A program made the translations under genes and the position numbers. From NCBI GenBank assembly GCA_012295275.1, contig CM022666.1:1984001-2048000 (forward strand): a stretch of 64,000 nucleotides of DNA. The letters are read 5' to 3'. Below are positions 14,873-29,707 of the stretch, piece after piece (position 1 is the first letter of the stretch; every line of letters begins with the position of its first letter). Below the pieces are notes generated by a model. The model had not been told where the DNA came from. It was given only the letters and a program-made list of their open reading frames with translations, and ran no database searches. The stretch comes from Chrysomallon squamiferum. Lineage: Eukaryota > Animalia > Mollusca.

Positions 14873-15408
14873 CAGACAGTACAGTACATCAAACCAGATT
14901 ATACAGTACATCACACCAGACAATACAATATATTACATCTGACAATACAGTACGTCACACCAGACAGTACAGTACGTCACACCAAACAGTACAATATATT
15001 ACATCTGACAATACAGTACGTCACACCAGACAGTACAGTACGTCACACCAGACAGTACAATATATTACATCTGACAATACAGTACGTCACACCAGACAGT
15101 ACAGTACGTCACACCAGACAATACAATATATTACATTTGACAGTGCAGTTCATTACATCAGACACTACAGGATATCACATCAGACAATGCAGTACATCAC
15201 ACCAGACAATACAATACATCACATCAAACAATTCAGTACATCACACCAGACAATTCAGTACAACACACCAGCCAGTGCAGTACATCACACCAGACAATTC
15301 AGTACATCACACCAGACAGTTCAGTACATCACACCAGCCAGTGCAGTATATCACATCAGACAATAAAGTTCATCACACCAGACATTGCAATACATCACCT
15401 CAGACAAT
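14873..15408. repeat. Minisatellite, ~20-bp unit (CAGTACATCACACCAGACAR-like) with a 60-bp higher-order period in the left part
   Basis: caatatattacatctgacaatacagtacgtcacaccagacagtacagtacgtcacacca recurs at 60-nt spacing, then decays into 20-bp monomers. Confidence 0.9.
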
Positions 15409-17012
15409 AGAGATGACAAACCAGTCCACACCACAAAACACCCATTTAACCACAAAACCAGGAAACACATTCATTCTACCAGACCAAACCACAAACACGT
15501 TAACATAAAATAATAACACAAAACAACGTCATGAAATCCCAATACGTCACTGTGATGCTCTCAGCGAGTTTCGAACTCACAACCATCAGCACAAAATCAG
15601 AATATTTTTCAAACAACTGAGTAGTACTCGAGGATACGAGAACCTAAATCAAACCGACGACGTCGTTGAGTGCTATCACAACAGCTTCGACAACTGCATA
15701 TCGTCTTAATAACTGTTTATCTTTTATCAGGAAAGGAGAATAAAAAAAACAAAACAACACGTAGCAATAAAAGAGAGAAAACGCGTGAGAAATAACAATT
15801 TTCTCAACTTGAGATCTTGTAACAATATTTCGCCGTCGGACATCAAAGTGAATCACTTGTCATCATTTTCGTTGCTTTGTGTTGACAACTTGTTTATCAT
15901 TGCATGCTTTTGTTTGCGTTTACCTGTGTTTGTTTATTTAGGAATAAATCAGCTTAATTTCGTACGGAAATTATTCTTAGCCAGTATTTTCATTTCGTTT
16001 GTGGTGTGTTAGGGGAAAAAAAAAAAAAAAAAAATAGAATGCACGTTGTAGATAAGAAAACGAAGACAGAAGAAAGAAATAAAAATAGAAAAGAAGAGGA
16101 AAAAGATGAAAGAAGAAATAAAACGAGAAAAAAAATCAGGTCAAATGAGTACGAAAAAGAAAACAAATTTTTACGAAGCCATCATTAACTTGTCAAAATT
16201 TTTATATTTATTTATTTATTTATTTATTTATTTATTATAATTATTTTTTTATTATTATTATTTAGACATTTTTTTTCGCATTTATTTTTTTTATTTTATT
16301 TTATTTTATTTTATTTTATTATTCACTTATTTTTATATTTATTTATTTATGTGTTTGTTGGTTTGCTTCACTGTTTTATACTTTTATTTATATTTGTTTT
16401 TATTTCCTTTATTTCTTTATTTATTAATTATCTAATTGAGTTGTCTCCCTTATATATTAAATCCCATGACCTTTGGGTCTAAGGTCGTTCTTTGTTCTCA
16501 CATAACTTTTAAAACGTATTTATATCTATTTGTTAATAAACAAACAAACAAACAAAATATTTAATAATTATAAAAACTAAAAAATTAAAATAAACTAGGA
16601 TTATGCAACAAGCAGAAGCATTTTACATTATCTGTAATCGTATAGTCTTGAATAAATAAACACATTGTTTACACAAACAACATTCAGATCCTGAAAGTGA
16701 ACCACGAAATCAAAAACATTCCGTAAATGTTCTGTTAAATGACCGTGAAATGCTTCTGCCAAACGACACTCCCACAGAAGATGTACGTACGTATGTATGT
16801 ATGTATGTATGTATGTATGTATGTATGTATGTATATACAACATGACTCTGTGTGAATAATGAGTTCTACAAAGGTTTTGCTTGGATTTTACATCTCACAA
16901 ATAACCTGATTTGTCTAGTAAAATACTGTACTAGAAGTCGTAGCAGCAGTAGTTGTGGTAGTTGAGGCTGTAGCAGCAGAAAATGTAGTAGTAATGGTAA
17001 TATTAGTAACGA

Positions 17013-17044
<32 letters not shown>

Positions 17045-17224
17045 ATAGTAGTAGTAGTAGTAAGTAGTAGTAGTAGTAGTAAAAGTCATATCAGTAGTTA
17101 TAGTAGTAGTAGTAGTAGTACTAGTTATACTATCGTGGCTATAAAATCACACGTATATTTCATATACATACATATACACACACACACACACATACATACA
17201 TACATATATACTTTATACGTAGAT

Positions 17225-17261
<37 letters not shown>

Positions 17262-17471
17262 TGCATGTCCCAAACATACGAAGACAAACACACGCTCATA
17301 TAAACATGAACACACATATCTGTACTTGTTACTGCAGACAGAACACACTCATCTGTGACATGCAAACAGCCAGTGTGCCTCAGATGTGTTTGAATGTTCT
17401 GTGAAACGTAAATGTCAAAAACACGTGTTGAAATGTACGTTGCTGAAATACGTGCAACAACATTACTGGGT

Positions 17472-17476
<5 letters not shown>

Positions 17477-17523
<47 letters not shown>

Positions 17524-17564
17524 GTAACTATCTATGTATGTATGTATGTGTGTGGGTGTGCGTG

Positions 17565-17595
<31 letters not shown>

Positions 17596-17684
17596 ATGAA
17601 ACTATGTACGTATGTGTGTATGTATGTTTATATATAACCATATGTGTGTGTGTATATACATTATATATATACATACATATATAT

Positions 17685-17760
<76 letters not shown>

Positions 17761-17905
17761 ATGTGTATATAGATATGTGTGTGTTTGTACGTATATATGT
17801 ATGTCTGTCCGTCTGTATGTATGTATGTATGTTTGTATGTATGTATATATGTATGTATCTATGTATGTATATGTATGTTTGTATGTATCTATGTATGTAA
17901 CTATG
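17477..17905. repeat. Compound (TG)n/(TA)n/(TATG)n microsatellite
   Basis: Read directly from the sequence. Confidence 0.95.
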
Positions 17906-18180
17906 TACACATGTACCTACGTATCCAAGCACGTCATTTCTTTCTTTGATAGCTCATCGCTCAAATAATTGCATTAAATCTATTAAACCGTAGAATTAAC
18001 ACGAGGCGCACAGACAACAAAAGACTGATTATTGTCGACAGCCGCCGTTACCTGCAAAATCGTCCACCTGTATTAAGTGACGGCGTTTGTGTATTGCTTA
18101 CCCTCCTTTGAAAATACGCATCAAGTTTAATGAAACTGATATCCTTATTTTGTCTACGCTGTTTACCGTTAGTTCGCGCT

Positions 18181-18224
<44 letters not shown>

Positions 18225-18626
18225 CTCGTGCCTTCATTGGACCGTGAACGTCGGTTTATTTCTTCTATTTATTTTGCTTGTTTTTAATAAAGTACGAGAA
18301 CGGGTGCTTGGTGCTGTGGTGGGGGGGGGGGGGAGAGGGAAAGACGGGTGGGGTTAGAACGAGGTGTCAATCGGTCGTAAAACGTTTCATTGTGTGTTGT
18401 AGATAGGTCTATATCAGTTAACTGTGTGGATTTAATGAGCCGTGACGACCAAATGGGAAAAAAAAAAAAAAAAAAAAACACCGTTATATTCATAGCATGT
18501 ATCCTGTGGCGAATAAATTTTATCAGAATTTATTTCTCTCTCATTTCGCTTCAGGCGACATCAGTTTTCACAAAAATTTGAATGAAAAGCCGGTTCAGAG
18601 TCACTGGCGTGTGTTTGATAAGTATA

Positions 18627-18672
<46 letters not shown>

Positions 18673-18758
18673 AGGTGATGCGAAGGCCATTTTAAATAAT
18701 TATAATTACAGCAGATGTGTGCGTGGAAAATGAGAACGGGAATAAACGGGATTTACAG

Positions 18759-18797
<39 letters not shown>

Positions 18798-18840
18798 TAG
18801 TTATTGGAATTTGTTTTATTAATATATGATTTTAAATTAT

Positions 18841-18888
<48 letters not shown>

Positions 18889-19805
18889 TTTCTCTATCTT
18901 CATATTTTTGTTATTCTTCTTCAACCCCTACACAACACCACCTGATTTCAAATTTTGAAATAAACATCGACAAAAACACACACACACACACACACCTACA
19001 TATTAATTATTACAATCCACAATTCTAAACAAAAAAAAAAAGCAAAAACAAAAAACATGTTATTACAAAACACACTCCCACCCACCCCAGCCTTGGTTAC
19101 GCCCCTTGTTTGTTCCCGTCTGCTTTCGTATCGGTTAATGATACCGCGATGTCCATGATTGTAAATGTCTTTGCCTTTCGTTTTTTTTTTTTTTTCACGT
19201 TGCTTCAATCAAACACACTTTTAGCCGTAGCTCCGAAATGTTTTTCAATACTAACATCGAACGTCTGCAGCCTGAAATCAATTAAAGCTTGCTCATAGAA
19301 GTGTATGGTCAATATTATTATTTACGCAAAATTAGTGTTTCAATAGTACATTTTCTTCTTCTCCTTTTTTTTTCCTCCTTATTTTTTTGTCGCATCCGTC
19401 TGCGATAAAAAAAAAAAAAAAAAAAAAGGTTCGATAAATGTTTATTATTATTTTTTGAATGTTTTATGCTGCGTTGTTGTTATCAGTTTCCTTTGACAAG
19501 AATAATTTTTTTTATTATTTTTTTATTTTTTTATTTTTATATTAACCGTTATACAAAAATAAAACAGCAAGCAAACAAACAAACAAAAATACACTCGTTC
19601 GTTGACAATAGGGGATTTAAGACAGCGTAGAAATGGAAGGCTTTGTTTCTTTTGTTTTCATTGAAAACAGAATAATGGCAGTCTCTTTGGAGAGATGAAT
19701 AGAGTGGGTGAAAAAAAGGAGAAGAGAAAAGCAAAATAGAAAAACAAAAAACGAGAAGAAGGAAAAACATGATATTTTTAACGCCTCTTCAGATTCGTTC
19801 ATTCA

Positions 19806-19866
<61 letters not shown>

Positions 19867-20159
19867 TACATGTGTGTTAGCTGTTCATATTTATTAATGG
19901 CTTCTTTTAAAATAAATCATTAAATAAATAAATTACAGACAGACATATAGATATTATTTTTGACATTAATTTTGTTATTTTCCTGAATGTAATAACAACA
20001 ACAACAAGCAAAAATGGAAGCAGATAAGAAGATAAATAAACAGCAAAAAAAAAAATAAAAAAAAACACTTCAACTACAACATCGTCCTCTACACAACGAA
20101 ATAAAACAACAACGTTCACGTCGTTCTGCTTTCGTTACGTAAAAAGATACAAACAAAAC

Positions 20160-20530
20160 GCAACACGGTCTCTCATTGGCTTTTCGATCTGGTCAGTTTC
20201 ATTTCCCCTCTGTCTCGGTCTGAGTAACTCAACAATTGTCGATTATTAACGCTCTACTCTCTCTCTTTCTCTTTCTCTTTCTCTCTCTGTTGATGTGTTT
20301 GCAGAGAAAAGTCTACTTGCAGCAGTAACAGCGTCAGTCTTGTTTTCACCTCGGTCGTTAGCGAACGACTGCATTCTCGCTCGGTTCTTTCATCGGCGTT
20401 GTTCGTTTTCCAAAACCGATCGTTTATTATTGGTCGGAGACTAACGACTGCGTTCAGCGAACGTGGACCTATCGCGTGAAGGGACAGCTTTCGGGGGTGT
20501 CGCTTTTGAATGAAAGCGTGTGAGTGTGTG
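20160..20530 (+). promoter_or_regulatory. Candidate promoter / 5'UTR start for isoform A
   Basis: CpG-rich non-coding island 0.7-1.1 kb upstream of ATG 21245, with ATTGG (reverse CCAAT) near 20175 and an Inr-like TCAGTT near 20193. Confidence 0.3.
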
Positions 20531-21244
20531 TGCATGAAAAAAAAAAAAAAAAAAAAAAAGAAAAAAGAAAAAGAAGACGTTTTCATATTTGCGAATCTAA
20601 GTCTTGTGTGTGTAGTTTATTTTGCTCTCAAGGCTGGACCGCTGGAAAAATAAAAGAGAGGAGAAAGAGAGTGAGAGTTGAAGAAAGAAGAAGAAAAAAA
20701 AAAAAATGTCACATCTTGCCGTAATTGTAATCTAGCCTGAGGAAACAGAAAACGTTATCAACGCGCTTGTAAAAATTGACTTCATGTTGACGTTAAAACA
20801 AAACGAGGGATTGGTCAGGCTATGCAGAGTTAGACCGTGCAACCTGCCTCAACTGGGAGTTTTCAACTAGGTCAAATTTCAGTAAGTTAGTTGAAACAGA
20901 GAGAGAGATTAGGCGAGTTATTCGGACGCTTCAAGCAAAACGATGTCATCGTTCGTGTAATGTTGTGTTTATGTGTGTGTACTCTTCTCGAAAAGAAAAA
21001 AAAAACACAACAACAACAACAAAATATAAAAGGGGGAAAAGATCGACGACAACAGGATTTCGTTGGATTACTTGGATTGAGACGAAACTTGAAATGAAGA
21101 CTTCTGCGTCTGTTTTTGTTTTTTTTTGTTTTATTCATTAAAGGATTAAAAACGGAACGTAACGAATGAATGAGTGAGTGAGAGAAACTGCTGGAATTAC
21201 TGTTTTCTTTTCTTTCATTCTTTCTTTTCTTTTCTTTTCCACTG

Positions 21245-21578
21245 ATGGGGAGAACGGAGAAACTGGTTCTGTCGATAATAACGGCCGTCGTGTTGTGTGT
21301 AGCCGTAGGTCTGGAAATCGCAGGGTCGTTCACGCCGGTGTGGACGGCGCCGATAAACGAGACGGACGGCAACGTGTCGTTCAGCCTGTGGACGAAGCAG
21401 GAGTGCTGGGACGTCGTGTGCAGGACGACGTACCTCAGGGTGAAGTGGACGACGCACGAGTGCGTGGAGGAGCCCAACGGGGACGAAACGTGCACGACGA
21501 CAACGGGGTACAAGCTGAAACCCGACACGAAGTGTTACGTGGCAAACTTCTGTAACACTACGTGGAACCACAATGAAG
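21245..21578 (+). CDS. Claudin/PMP22-like tetraspan protein, alternative N-terminal coding exon A (TM1 + Cys-rich extracellular loop 1)
   Basis: ATG at 21245. Translation MGRTEKLVLSIITAVVLCVAVGLEIAGSFTPVW...NVSFSLWTKQECWDVVC...CYVANFCNTTWNHNE shows a hydrophobic TM1 then W...SLW...C, a variant of the claudin W-GLW-C-C signature. Codons end strongly in G/C against an AT-rich background. Donor GAAG|GTAGGT after 21578 (phase 1), followed immediately by a microsatellite. Confidence 0.9.
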
Positions 21579-21582
21579 GTAG

Positions 21583-21654
21583 GTTGTTGTTGTTGTTGTT
21601 GTTGTTGTTATTATTATTATTATTATTATTATTGTTATTGATATTAGTTATTAC

Positions 21655-21685
<31 letters not shown>

Positions 21686-21826
21686 GTTGTTATTATTGTT
21701 ATTATTGTTATTGCTGTTATTATTGTCATTATTATTACTATTATTATTGTCATTATTATTATTACTATTATTATGATTATTATTATTATTATTGTCATTA
21801 TTATTATTACTATTATTATTATTATT

Positions 21827-21864
<38 letters not shown>

Positions 21865-22022
21865 TACTACTATTGTTATTATTGTTCTTCTTGTTATTGT
21901 TCTTGTTATTGATATTTTAGTTATTATTATTGTTGTCACTGGAAGTGTTCATATTATTCTTGTCACTATCTTTGTTACTGTAGTTCGTATTCAACATTTA
22001 TTATTATTATTATTATTATTAT
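21583..22022. repeat. Compound (GTT)n/(ATT)n/(ATC)n tract at the start of the intron after exon A
   Basis: Read directly; it accounts for the poly-Leu/Ile tail of ORF 21245..22066. Confidence 0.95.
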
Positions 22023-22452
22023 CGCAAATCAATACATATTTATTATTATTTGCCCTGATAATATAAACTAACGTTTGTGTTCAGTGTCAATACCTATACA
22101 TTGTTAGTATCATTACACCAAAACACACTGAACTAGAACCTGCTAAATGACGTTGCTGTTTTAAAACGTATGTTAACATACTTGTAACACGTTCATTCAG
22201 ATAGCGGTGAGATAACGTAATGAATAGTCACGTAATGTATCAAAGGTGTTCTATATATATATATTTTTTAAACACACACACAGAGATAACAGTATAAGAA
22301 AGAAAAAAACAACATACAGAGAGAGAGATTGTGCTTATCTGTGTGTATATGTGTAAACGTGTATCTGTCTGTAGTTGTGTATATATTTACGTGTGTATGT
22401 ACGTATACATATAGGAAGAGGGGGAGGGTGGGGGGGGGGGGGAGATAGGGAG

Positions 22453-22512
<60 letters not shown>

Positions 22513-22983
22513 TGAATACACACAGCTTCACTGATATAAATATTCAAAGAGAGAGAGAGCTAGAGAGGGCGAGAGAGAGAAAGAAGGAAAGAAAGAAATA
22601 AAGACAGACAGGGGAGAGAAAGAGGAAAGAGAAATATATACAGAGAGACAAGGGACAAAAGAAAGAGACACAAAGACACAAAGATAGCATTATGGCAGTA
22701 TGGAAGGAAGGAAGGAAGGAAGGACGGAAGGAAAGAAGAGTAACTTCAGAGGAAAACGAGAGTCGTATCTAACTTGAACTTAGAGCTGGAGATGAAACGT
22801 TTGTTTATTTAAGGCGTTTATCACGGTCCTTTAAATAAAAAAACACAAATGAAATCGTATTACTGTATTCACTTCACATTTCAGTTGCTTTATTTCAAAA
22901 AATTTTGTTTAATATTTATGAATTTTTGAGACTTTTATGGATCTATTACGTATGCATGAATTTATATAATATTTATATGTATG

Positions 22984-23069
<86 letters not shown>

Positions 23070-23588
23070 TTTACGTATATATTCGTGAACATAAGTGCAC
23101 AAAAGTCTAATATTTCGTTCGTTAACTTAAATTATATATATTTATTTCAATCGAATGAAATGCTAGACTACTGTGTAGAGTGTGCAATACCTTCCTTATT
23201 TCACCTTATTGTTCTCCGAGAAAAACAAGCTTTATGGGCGAGTTCAGTGTTCAAAAAGCACAATAACTCGACGTGTTTGAACTACTTCTGTTACCCAATA
23301 CCTCGCATTTACTATGTGTGGGGAGACGTGCTTTTGATAACACTGGTTAAAGTGACCGACTCTCCCTCCCTCCCTCCCTCCCTCCCTCCCTCTATCTATC
23401 TATCTGTCTTTGTCTCTCTTTGTCTCTCTCTCTCTCTCTCTCTCCATCCATGTCTCTCTGTCTCTCTTATTGTCTTTCTCTGTTTCTTTCTTTCTTTCGG
23501 ACTCTCACTCTTTGTCTCTATTTATCTCTGTCTCTCTCTCTCTCTGTATCTCTCTATGTGTCTCGCTGTTCTTTCTATCTTTCCTTCC

Positions 23589-23653
<65 letters not shown>

Positions 23654-24020
23654 ATATATATATATATATATATGTGTGTATATACGTTTCATTTTGTTTA
23701 TGCAAACATTTCGATGTTTTTATTACCCGTCTTGAAATATAATAATACTTTCACGCATCCTGAAAATAGCGAAAGCAGGAAACTGACAAACATTTATTGC
23801 GAAACAGACATGAAGTGCAGGTCAAAGCAAAATTTACATTCTTGTGTCTCTCGGGTGAAATGTACATTGCGAAACGTGTCTGTTTCTCTGTCACTCCCAC
23901 ATCGTGACTAACTGAGCAAGGAGAAGTCGACAGATTGGTTTCAGATATTTTGGTTTATTGTTCAAACGAAAATTTTGGTTTCACTATACTGCCTCACTTT
24001 TATAGTTAAAAAGTCGTATT

Positions 24021-24134
<114 letters not shown>

Positions 24135-24703
24135 GTGTGTTTGTGCATGTAAGTAAGAGAGAGAGAGGGGGGCACTGAAAGAGAACAATGTGTGATTGTG
24201 TGCGAGAGACAGAAACACAGAGATATACAAGGACACACTCTTTCTACATGTTTAAACACGTCAATACAACGCCTATATATCATCATAAAATCAAACAGTG
24301 CACCTGTTGCAGGTAAAATAGCCATTATCATTTACACACAGTCTGTCATTTATACGTAATTTTATATAAAAAGCTCTATAAACGCGATATTTATTATTTC
24401 TGTGTGTTATTCAACAGTTTTTTTTTTTTCTTCATCGTTGACATAGTGTATTATTTTTTTTTTTTCATTAACTTTATTAGATCTATATAAACATCGGTGG
24501 AATACATAAAAGGTAATTAACATTAATAAATTATAAAATCAATTAATTATATTATATGTTAATGTATTTAATTATATAATGTGTGTGGTGGACGGTATAT
24601 TTAACGATACAGCTACAAAAATATGAGGTTCTAAATTTATTAGTATAATTTATACAGAAACAAATTAATATTTTGTAATGCTTAAATATGTAACATATAA
24701 AAC

Positions 24704-25016
24704 GAATTAAGCATTACGTATTTAAACGTACAAATATTTCTTTATAAATAAATAAATAAACTTTTTTAAACATCTTTAAGCATAAAAAAATTTTTTTTTA
24801 TATTAAATTAATAACATTTTTGTGTTTAAATATGTAAAAAACTTAATAAGACTACAATGAATTAAGCATTACATATTTAAACGTACAAATATTTCTTTAT
24901 AAATAAATAAATAAAATATTTAAACATCTTTAAGCATAAAATTAGTTTTTTTTTTTTTTTTATATTAAATTAATAACATTTTTGTGTTTAAATATGTAAC
25001 AATTAATAAGACTACA
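24704..25016. repeat. Tandem duplication, ~155 bp x2
   Basis: gaattaagcattac...aaacgtacaaatatttctttataaat...taataagactaca starts at 24704 and again at 24859. Confidence 0.9.
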
Positions 25017-25782
25017 GTGTATTATTATTTACGTTATCGAAATTGTACTTCATTGCGTGGGTCCTGGAAAGCAGTCGATACGTATTTAACAGTCAGTGCA
25101 TTACAGTCAGAATGACGTCACCGTAAATTATGATTATTGTCAAATGTCACCTTGATTGTCCTTAAAGCTGTTATGTTTCAGCTGTTATGTTTTTTTTTAG
25201 TTTGTTTATTTTATTTGATAACGTATCGCATTAATTTTCTTTTTACAAGAGAAGAATTACGAAAATACGTCACCCACGATAATACCTAGTTTAAAGTGAT
25301 AAAAATGGAGACGTTAGATAACCTTAACACTTTGGCACCGGTCTGTATATACATCTTTGCACTTGTTAAATTTGTTCAGTCCAAATATACGGCATGTAAT
25401 GTTTAAAACTAATTTAAAATAAATAAATAAACAAACAAAAATTCCACATGAATTATTCGTTATTTGGAAATTATAAAATAAAACCTATTCTTACAAGTTA
25501 CAAGTAGCCATTTTAAATTTCTCATGCTAAACTCCATAATTCTCGACTGTTTCCGGGAGTATACGGAAACAATGACGAGGAAAAGTTCGCGTGGATCTTT
25601 CCGGAATGACGTACCATTCGGAGAATTCTCGATTATTAGAAATGAGTTATGAATTCCGAGAAAAATGATTAATATATTTACTTCAAATAAATATTGAAGA
25701 TGTAAAAGGATTCTGAATTTGTTTTTCAAGAATTTAAGATTTCACAAGCATTTGAACATACTGAATTTATTTATTTATCTAT

Positions 25783-25817
<35 letters not shown>

Positions 25818-26002
25818 TTATTATTATTGTTGTTTTTTATTATTATTATTAGTATAGAAGAGGTGAATTTGTTTTACTATTATTTGCAAAAGGCTGGTGG
25901 CATGTAACAAACGAAACCCATTTAGAAAAAAAAAAAAATATAAATTTAGAAAATACAATCAAAATATAAAGTGTCTTAGTACAATCATAGCTGTACTTTG
26001 TA

Positions 26003-26083
26003 AGTACCATCTTAGTACACTTTTGAAAGTACCATCGTAGTACACTTTTGAAAGTACCATCGTAGTACACTTCTGAAAGTACC
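26003..26083. repeat. 25-bp minisatellite, about 3 copies
   Basis: agtaccatcgtagtacacttttgaa repeated head to tail with no spacers. Confidence 0.85.
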
Positions 26084-26344
26084 ACAACAGGTACAGTTCT
26101 AACATGTACGAGTTTCACAAGGTAGTTTAGTGCATTGCATAAACCACGCATAATTCCTGGTGCTTTTGGCAACCGTCACACGCAGAATGTCTTGTGACGG
26201 CTGGTTGCGTCTGACTTTCATTATTAACATTTTTTTGTTTTTTTTTTGTTTTTGTTTCTTCTCGCTTATGAGTCAGTGATATTTTGCACCAAGAAGAAAG
26301 AAAAGTGAGAAGCGGAACTAAGCCCTGTGCTATTTAGATGGTTT

Positions 26345-26519
26345 AAATGAAAGGAAATATGTGCATCACAAGTGCTGAAATTAAAAGAAAATATCTGACA
26401 TCACAAGTGATGAAATTAAAGAAAATGTCTCACATGACAAGTGTCACGATTAAGGAAAAATGTACATCACAAGTGATGAAATTAAGGAAAAGATCTGCAT
26501 CACAAGTGCATAAATTAAG
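26345..26519. repeat. ~33-35-bp minisatellite, 5 copies
   Basis: Core catcacaagtgatgaaattaaggaaaa repeated with variation. Confidence 0.85.
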
Positions 26520-27472
26520 AACACATTATAAGGGACTGGATCCCCATTAATGCAAAATGACTAAAATGAGCAAAAATAGAGACAACGTAAGAGAAAGAAT
26601 TAAAGATACAAAGAAAGGATTACGTAAATACATATAAAGAGATACAGAAATTGTATCAGAACAGATAGTGAAGAAATGATTTTGATTTTTTTTTTTTTTT
26701 TTTTAAATGTAATAAATAAAGAATTTATTTTTATTATTATTATTATTATTATTTTAAAGGAAGAAAAAGGAGGGTAAACGAAACAAAAAGAAGGGAAAGA
26801 TTATATTAGCTTGAATTTGGCATATGGTTCTAATAACAGACGCTGTAGCACAAAGAGACCGCGATTTCAAATCAGAACACCCGTTTCGTATCAGATTTAA
26901 TCTTTGTTCTTTGTTCTGCAACGGAACAACAACAAAAAAAAACCTAACTCAGACACAACATTGCACAGAGACAGACCTTAAAACGCGGACGCCTACAAAT
27001 TTGAAAATATTGATTCCGCCCAGGCACGTGCATTGCGGGGGAGGCGTGGTTGAATCCCCTTTGTTCTCCCTGTCCCATCTAAAGCATCAGATGTTTCCTT
27101 GATGGGAAAACTTGGCCCAAAAGACAAAGAATTCTTCAGATTAGTCATAAAGGGATATCGATTTCATTCGTCGAACAAAGTACAGGACCAACTTGCCCCC
27201 AATTAGGGACCTTGTAAAATTTAATAACTGCAAAATTGGAATTGTCATTTAAAAAAAAAAAAGAATAAAAAAAAAAAAAAAGAAAAAAAAACCTACGACG
27301 ACAATGTCGACAATGACACGTCATTTACAGCTGGTTAAACATTTATTTGAACAAAAGAACAAAGCAGTGATTAAGCTGGCGGTTTTAAGTCTTTGTAGGA
27401 ACAGGGTTCAAATCCAGAAACTAACAAACAAGATAAATTACTTACACGAAGATTTATAAACTGTATACTCCT

Positions 27473-27558
<86 letters not shown>

Positions 27559-29221
27559 CACTGGTAGATTAAAAAAGTGTTTTTCCTTACTCATATATTT
27601 TTTTTATATATATTCCAGCGTATTATTGTGTTTGTCGCTTACCACGCTAATTTTAGCACTGTCATAATTACTATTGTCTTTTCAACACAACTGCGTTTTA
27701 CAAACTACCTGCCTCGCTAACGTTTTCAGACAACCCGATCCCCCAAACTAACAGAGAGAGAAGATAACAGTATTTTCTTAACAGCAGAAGATTTATGTGC
27801 AGTTTCACCTTCCCCGTCTCGACCCGTTATAAATAATTACTGTATATATTTACTAGGTTTGTCAGTGGCGGAACGTAATGTGTTTTTTTTTTCCTGGGCT
27901 GTTTACAGGGTTTGTTGTTATAACTCAAATTGTAAATAAATATTATAAATGTACAGGCTGAAGAAGGAAAGATCGTAGGAGTGATCCCGTTCAGTGTACA
28001 GATAGTGTGATTTCCCGTTCAGCCCATTGCTCGATAATGATATATATAAGTGAAGTATACTTTTCTTTGTAAGGGGGGATGTGTGGAACGGGGGTCTGTG
28101 TAAAGAACATATCGTTCATTCGTTCATTGTTGTTGTTGTTTCGTTCATTTTGTTGTTGTTGTTGTTATTTAAATCATAATATGTGGATGATATTTGATAA
28201 CGCAGTATATAAATATTTCGTTGAACATGGTATATTCAGTTTATTCATTAATTCGTTCATTCATTCATTCATTCATTCATTCATTTATTTCTTCGTCTCC
28301 ATGAGAGCTGATTTTACCGAGCTATCTTTGATAAACAGCCAGATAATTTACTACCGCTTACATTCTTTACCTTTCAGAGTACTGAATGACACCACACTAA
28401 CACTATCCTTACTTATTTTACTGCCATACTTTATTGTTAGCAAAGATTAGTCAGTAGAAACAGATCAATCAAGTACACGAGGAATAGTTTCGCAATTTAA
28501 CTGAAGATTGTTCGCAGTTGAAAGGCGTCCAGTTTGGAATTTGTAAAGATAATTTAATATATATATATATTTGGATAAATATAGCAAGTTTTAAAAACTA
28601 AAACGTTTTTCTAAACGATTAAAATGTAACAGACTGCGATGAATTTTTTCGAAACAAATGGAAATGACACCTGTCTTTGACGTATGAAAACTGATATCAA
28701 AATTGTTTTTTTACAGCCTGCCTCAAATTTCTCTCACGTGATATTTGTATTTTTAATTTTTATATATCTCTTTATTTAATTTTCACTCATTTATTTATCA
28801 TTATTGCAGTTACTACTGAATCTATAATTACTACAACTTGAACAGTTAATTATGTTACTGCTGCAACTACGACTACCTCCTCCTACTGCTGTTGTTACTA
28901 CTACAGGCATAGCACTAAAACTGCGATTACTTTTGCAACAACTACGACAACGTTTATTACTATTGCTACTAATAGAAGTACTCCTTCTACTACTGCTGCT
29001 GCTGCTACCACTACTACAACAACTTTACTACTGTTCCTGCAGCTACTACTACTACTACTACTACTACTACAACTATTACTACTACTACTACTGCTTCTGT
29101 TACCATTACTATTGTTCTTATCACTAATACTAATGTGGGTAGTGTCACTTAGATCGATTATAAGTGTTTCAATCATTCATTCTTATTAATTTATTTTTTT
29201 CTGTCGCATTTTCCTTTTTTT

Positions 29222-29261
<40 letters not shown>

Positions 29262-29676
29262 AACGTCTCACTTTTTTCTTTAATGGATAAAATCTTTTTT
29301 CGATTAAGTTGAAATACAAAAGAGGCCAAGAGAAGCTCAGAAAGGATAACATCGACAAAAAAAAAAAAAAATGGAGGAGCGATTTAATTTCTGCGAGGAG
29401 GATGATGGGAAGGGTAGTCGACAGGCATTTTGAGTTCATACATTTAAATACAGGAGCTCTTCTGAAGTGGCGTGTGCGTGTGTGCGTGTGTGTGTATGCG
29501 TGTGTGTGCTTTTTTTAAAGGCAGCTAAAACGTATAACATAAAAAAGAAGGAAATATATTTGTTAAAAGCTTATTTATTAATATTAAAAATGTGCACTAA
29601 ATGCTACATTATACATACATCAACAGCTATACACCAATGTATGCCCTACAACAAATGTTCACAGGTAAAGATACAT

Positions 29677-29707
<31 letters not shown>

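Noticed and set aside
14845-15508. 173-aa and 216-aa repetitive ORFs
   Set aside because: They are translations of a minisatellite that is open in two frames, with no splice or codon-bias support.
21579-22066. Poly-Leu/Ile extension of ORF 21245..22066 as extra TM segments
   Set aside because: It is read-through past a GT donor into a trinucleotide microsatellite.
27363-27418. tRNA-like A/B boxes (GGGTTCAAATCC); similar remnants near 15565-15590 and 54490-54550
   Set aside because: No cloverleaf can be formed; at most these are decayed SINE heads.
28386-28450. Acceptor-like ctttacctttcAG with a hydrophobic frame, as a private exon 2 for exon A
   Set aside because: In phase 1 it reads GAG TAC TGA (stop), and it shows no similarity to the 58068 exon.
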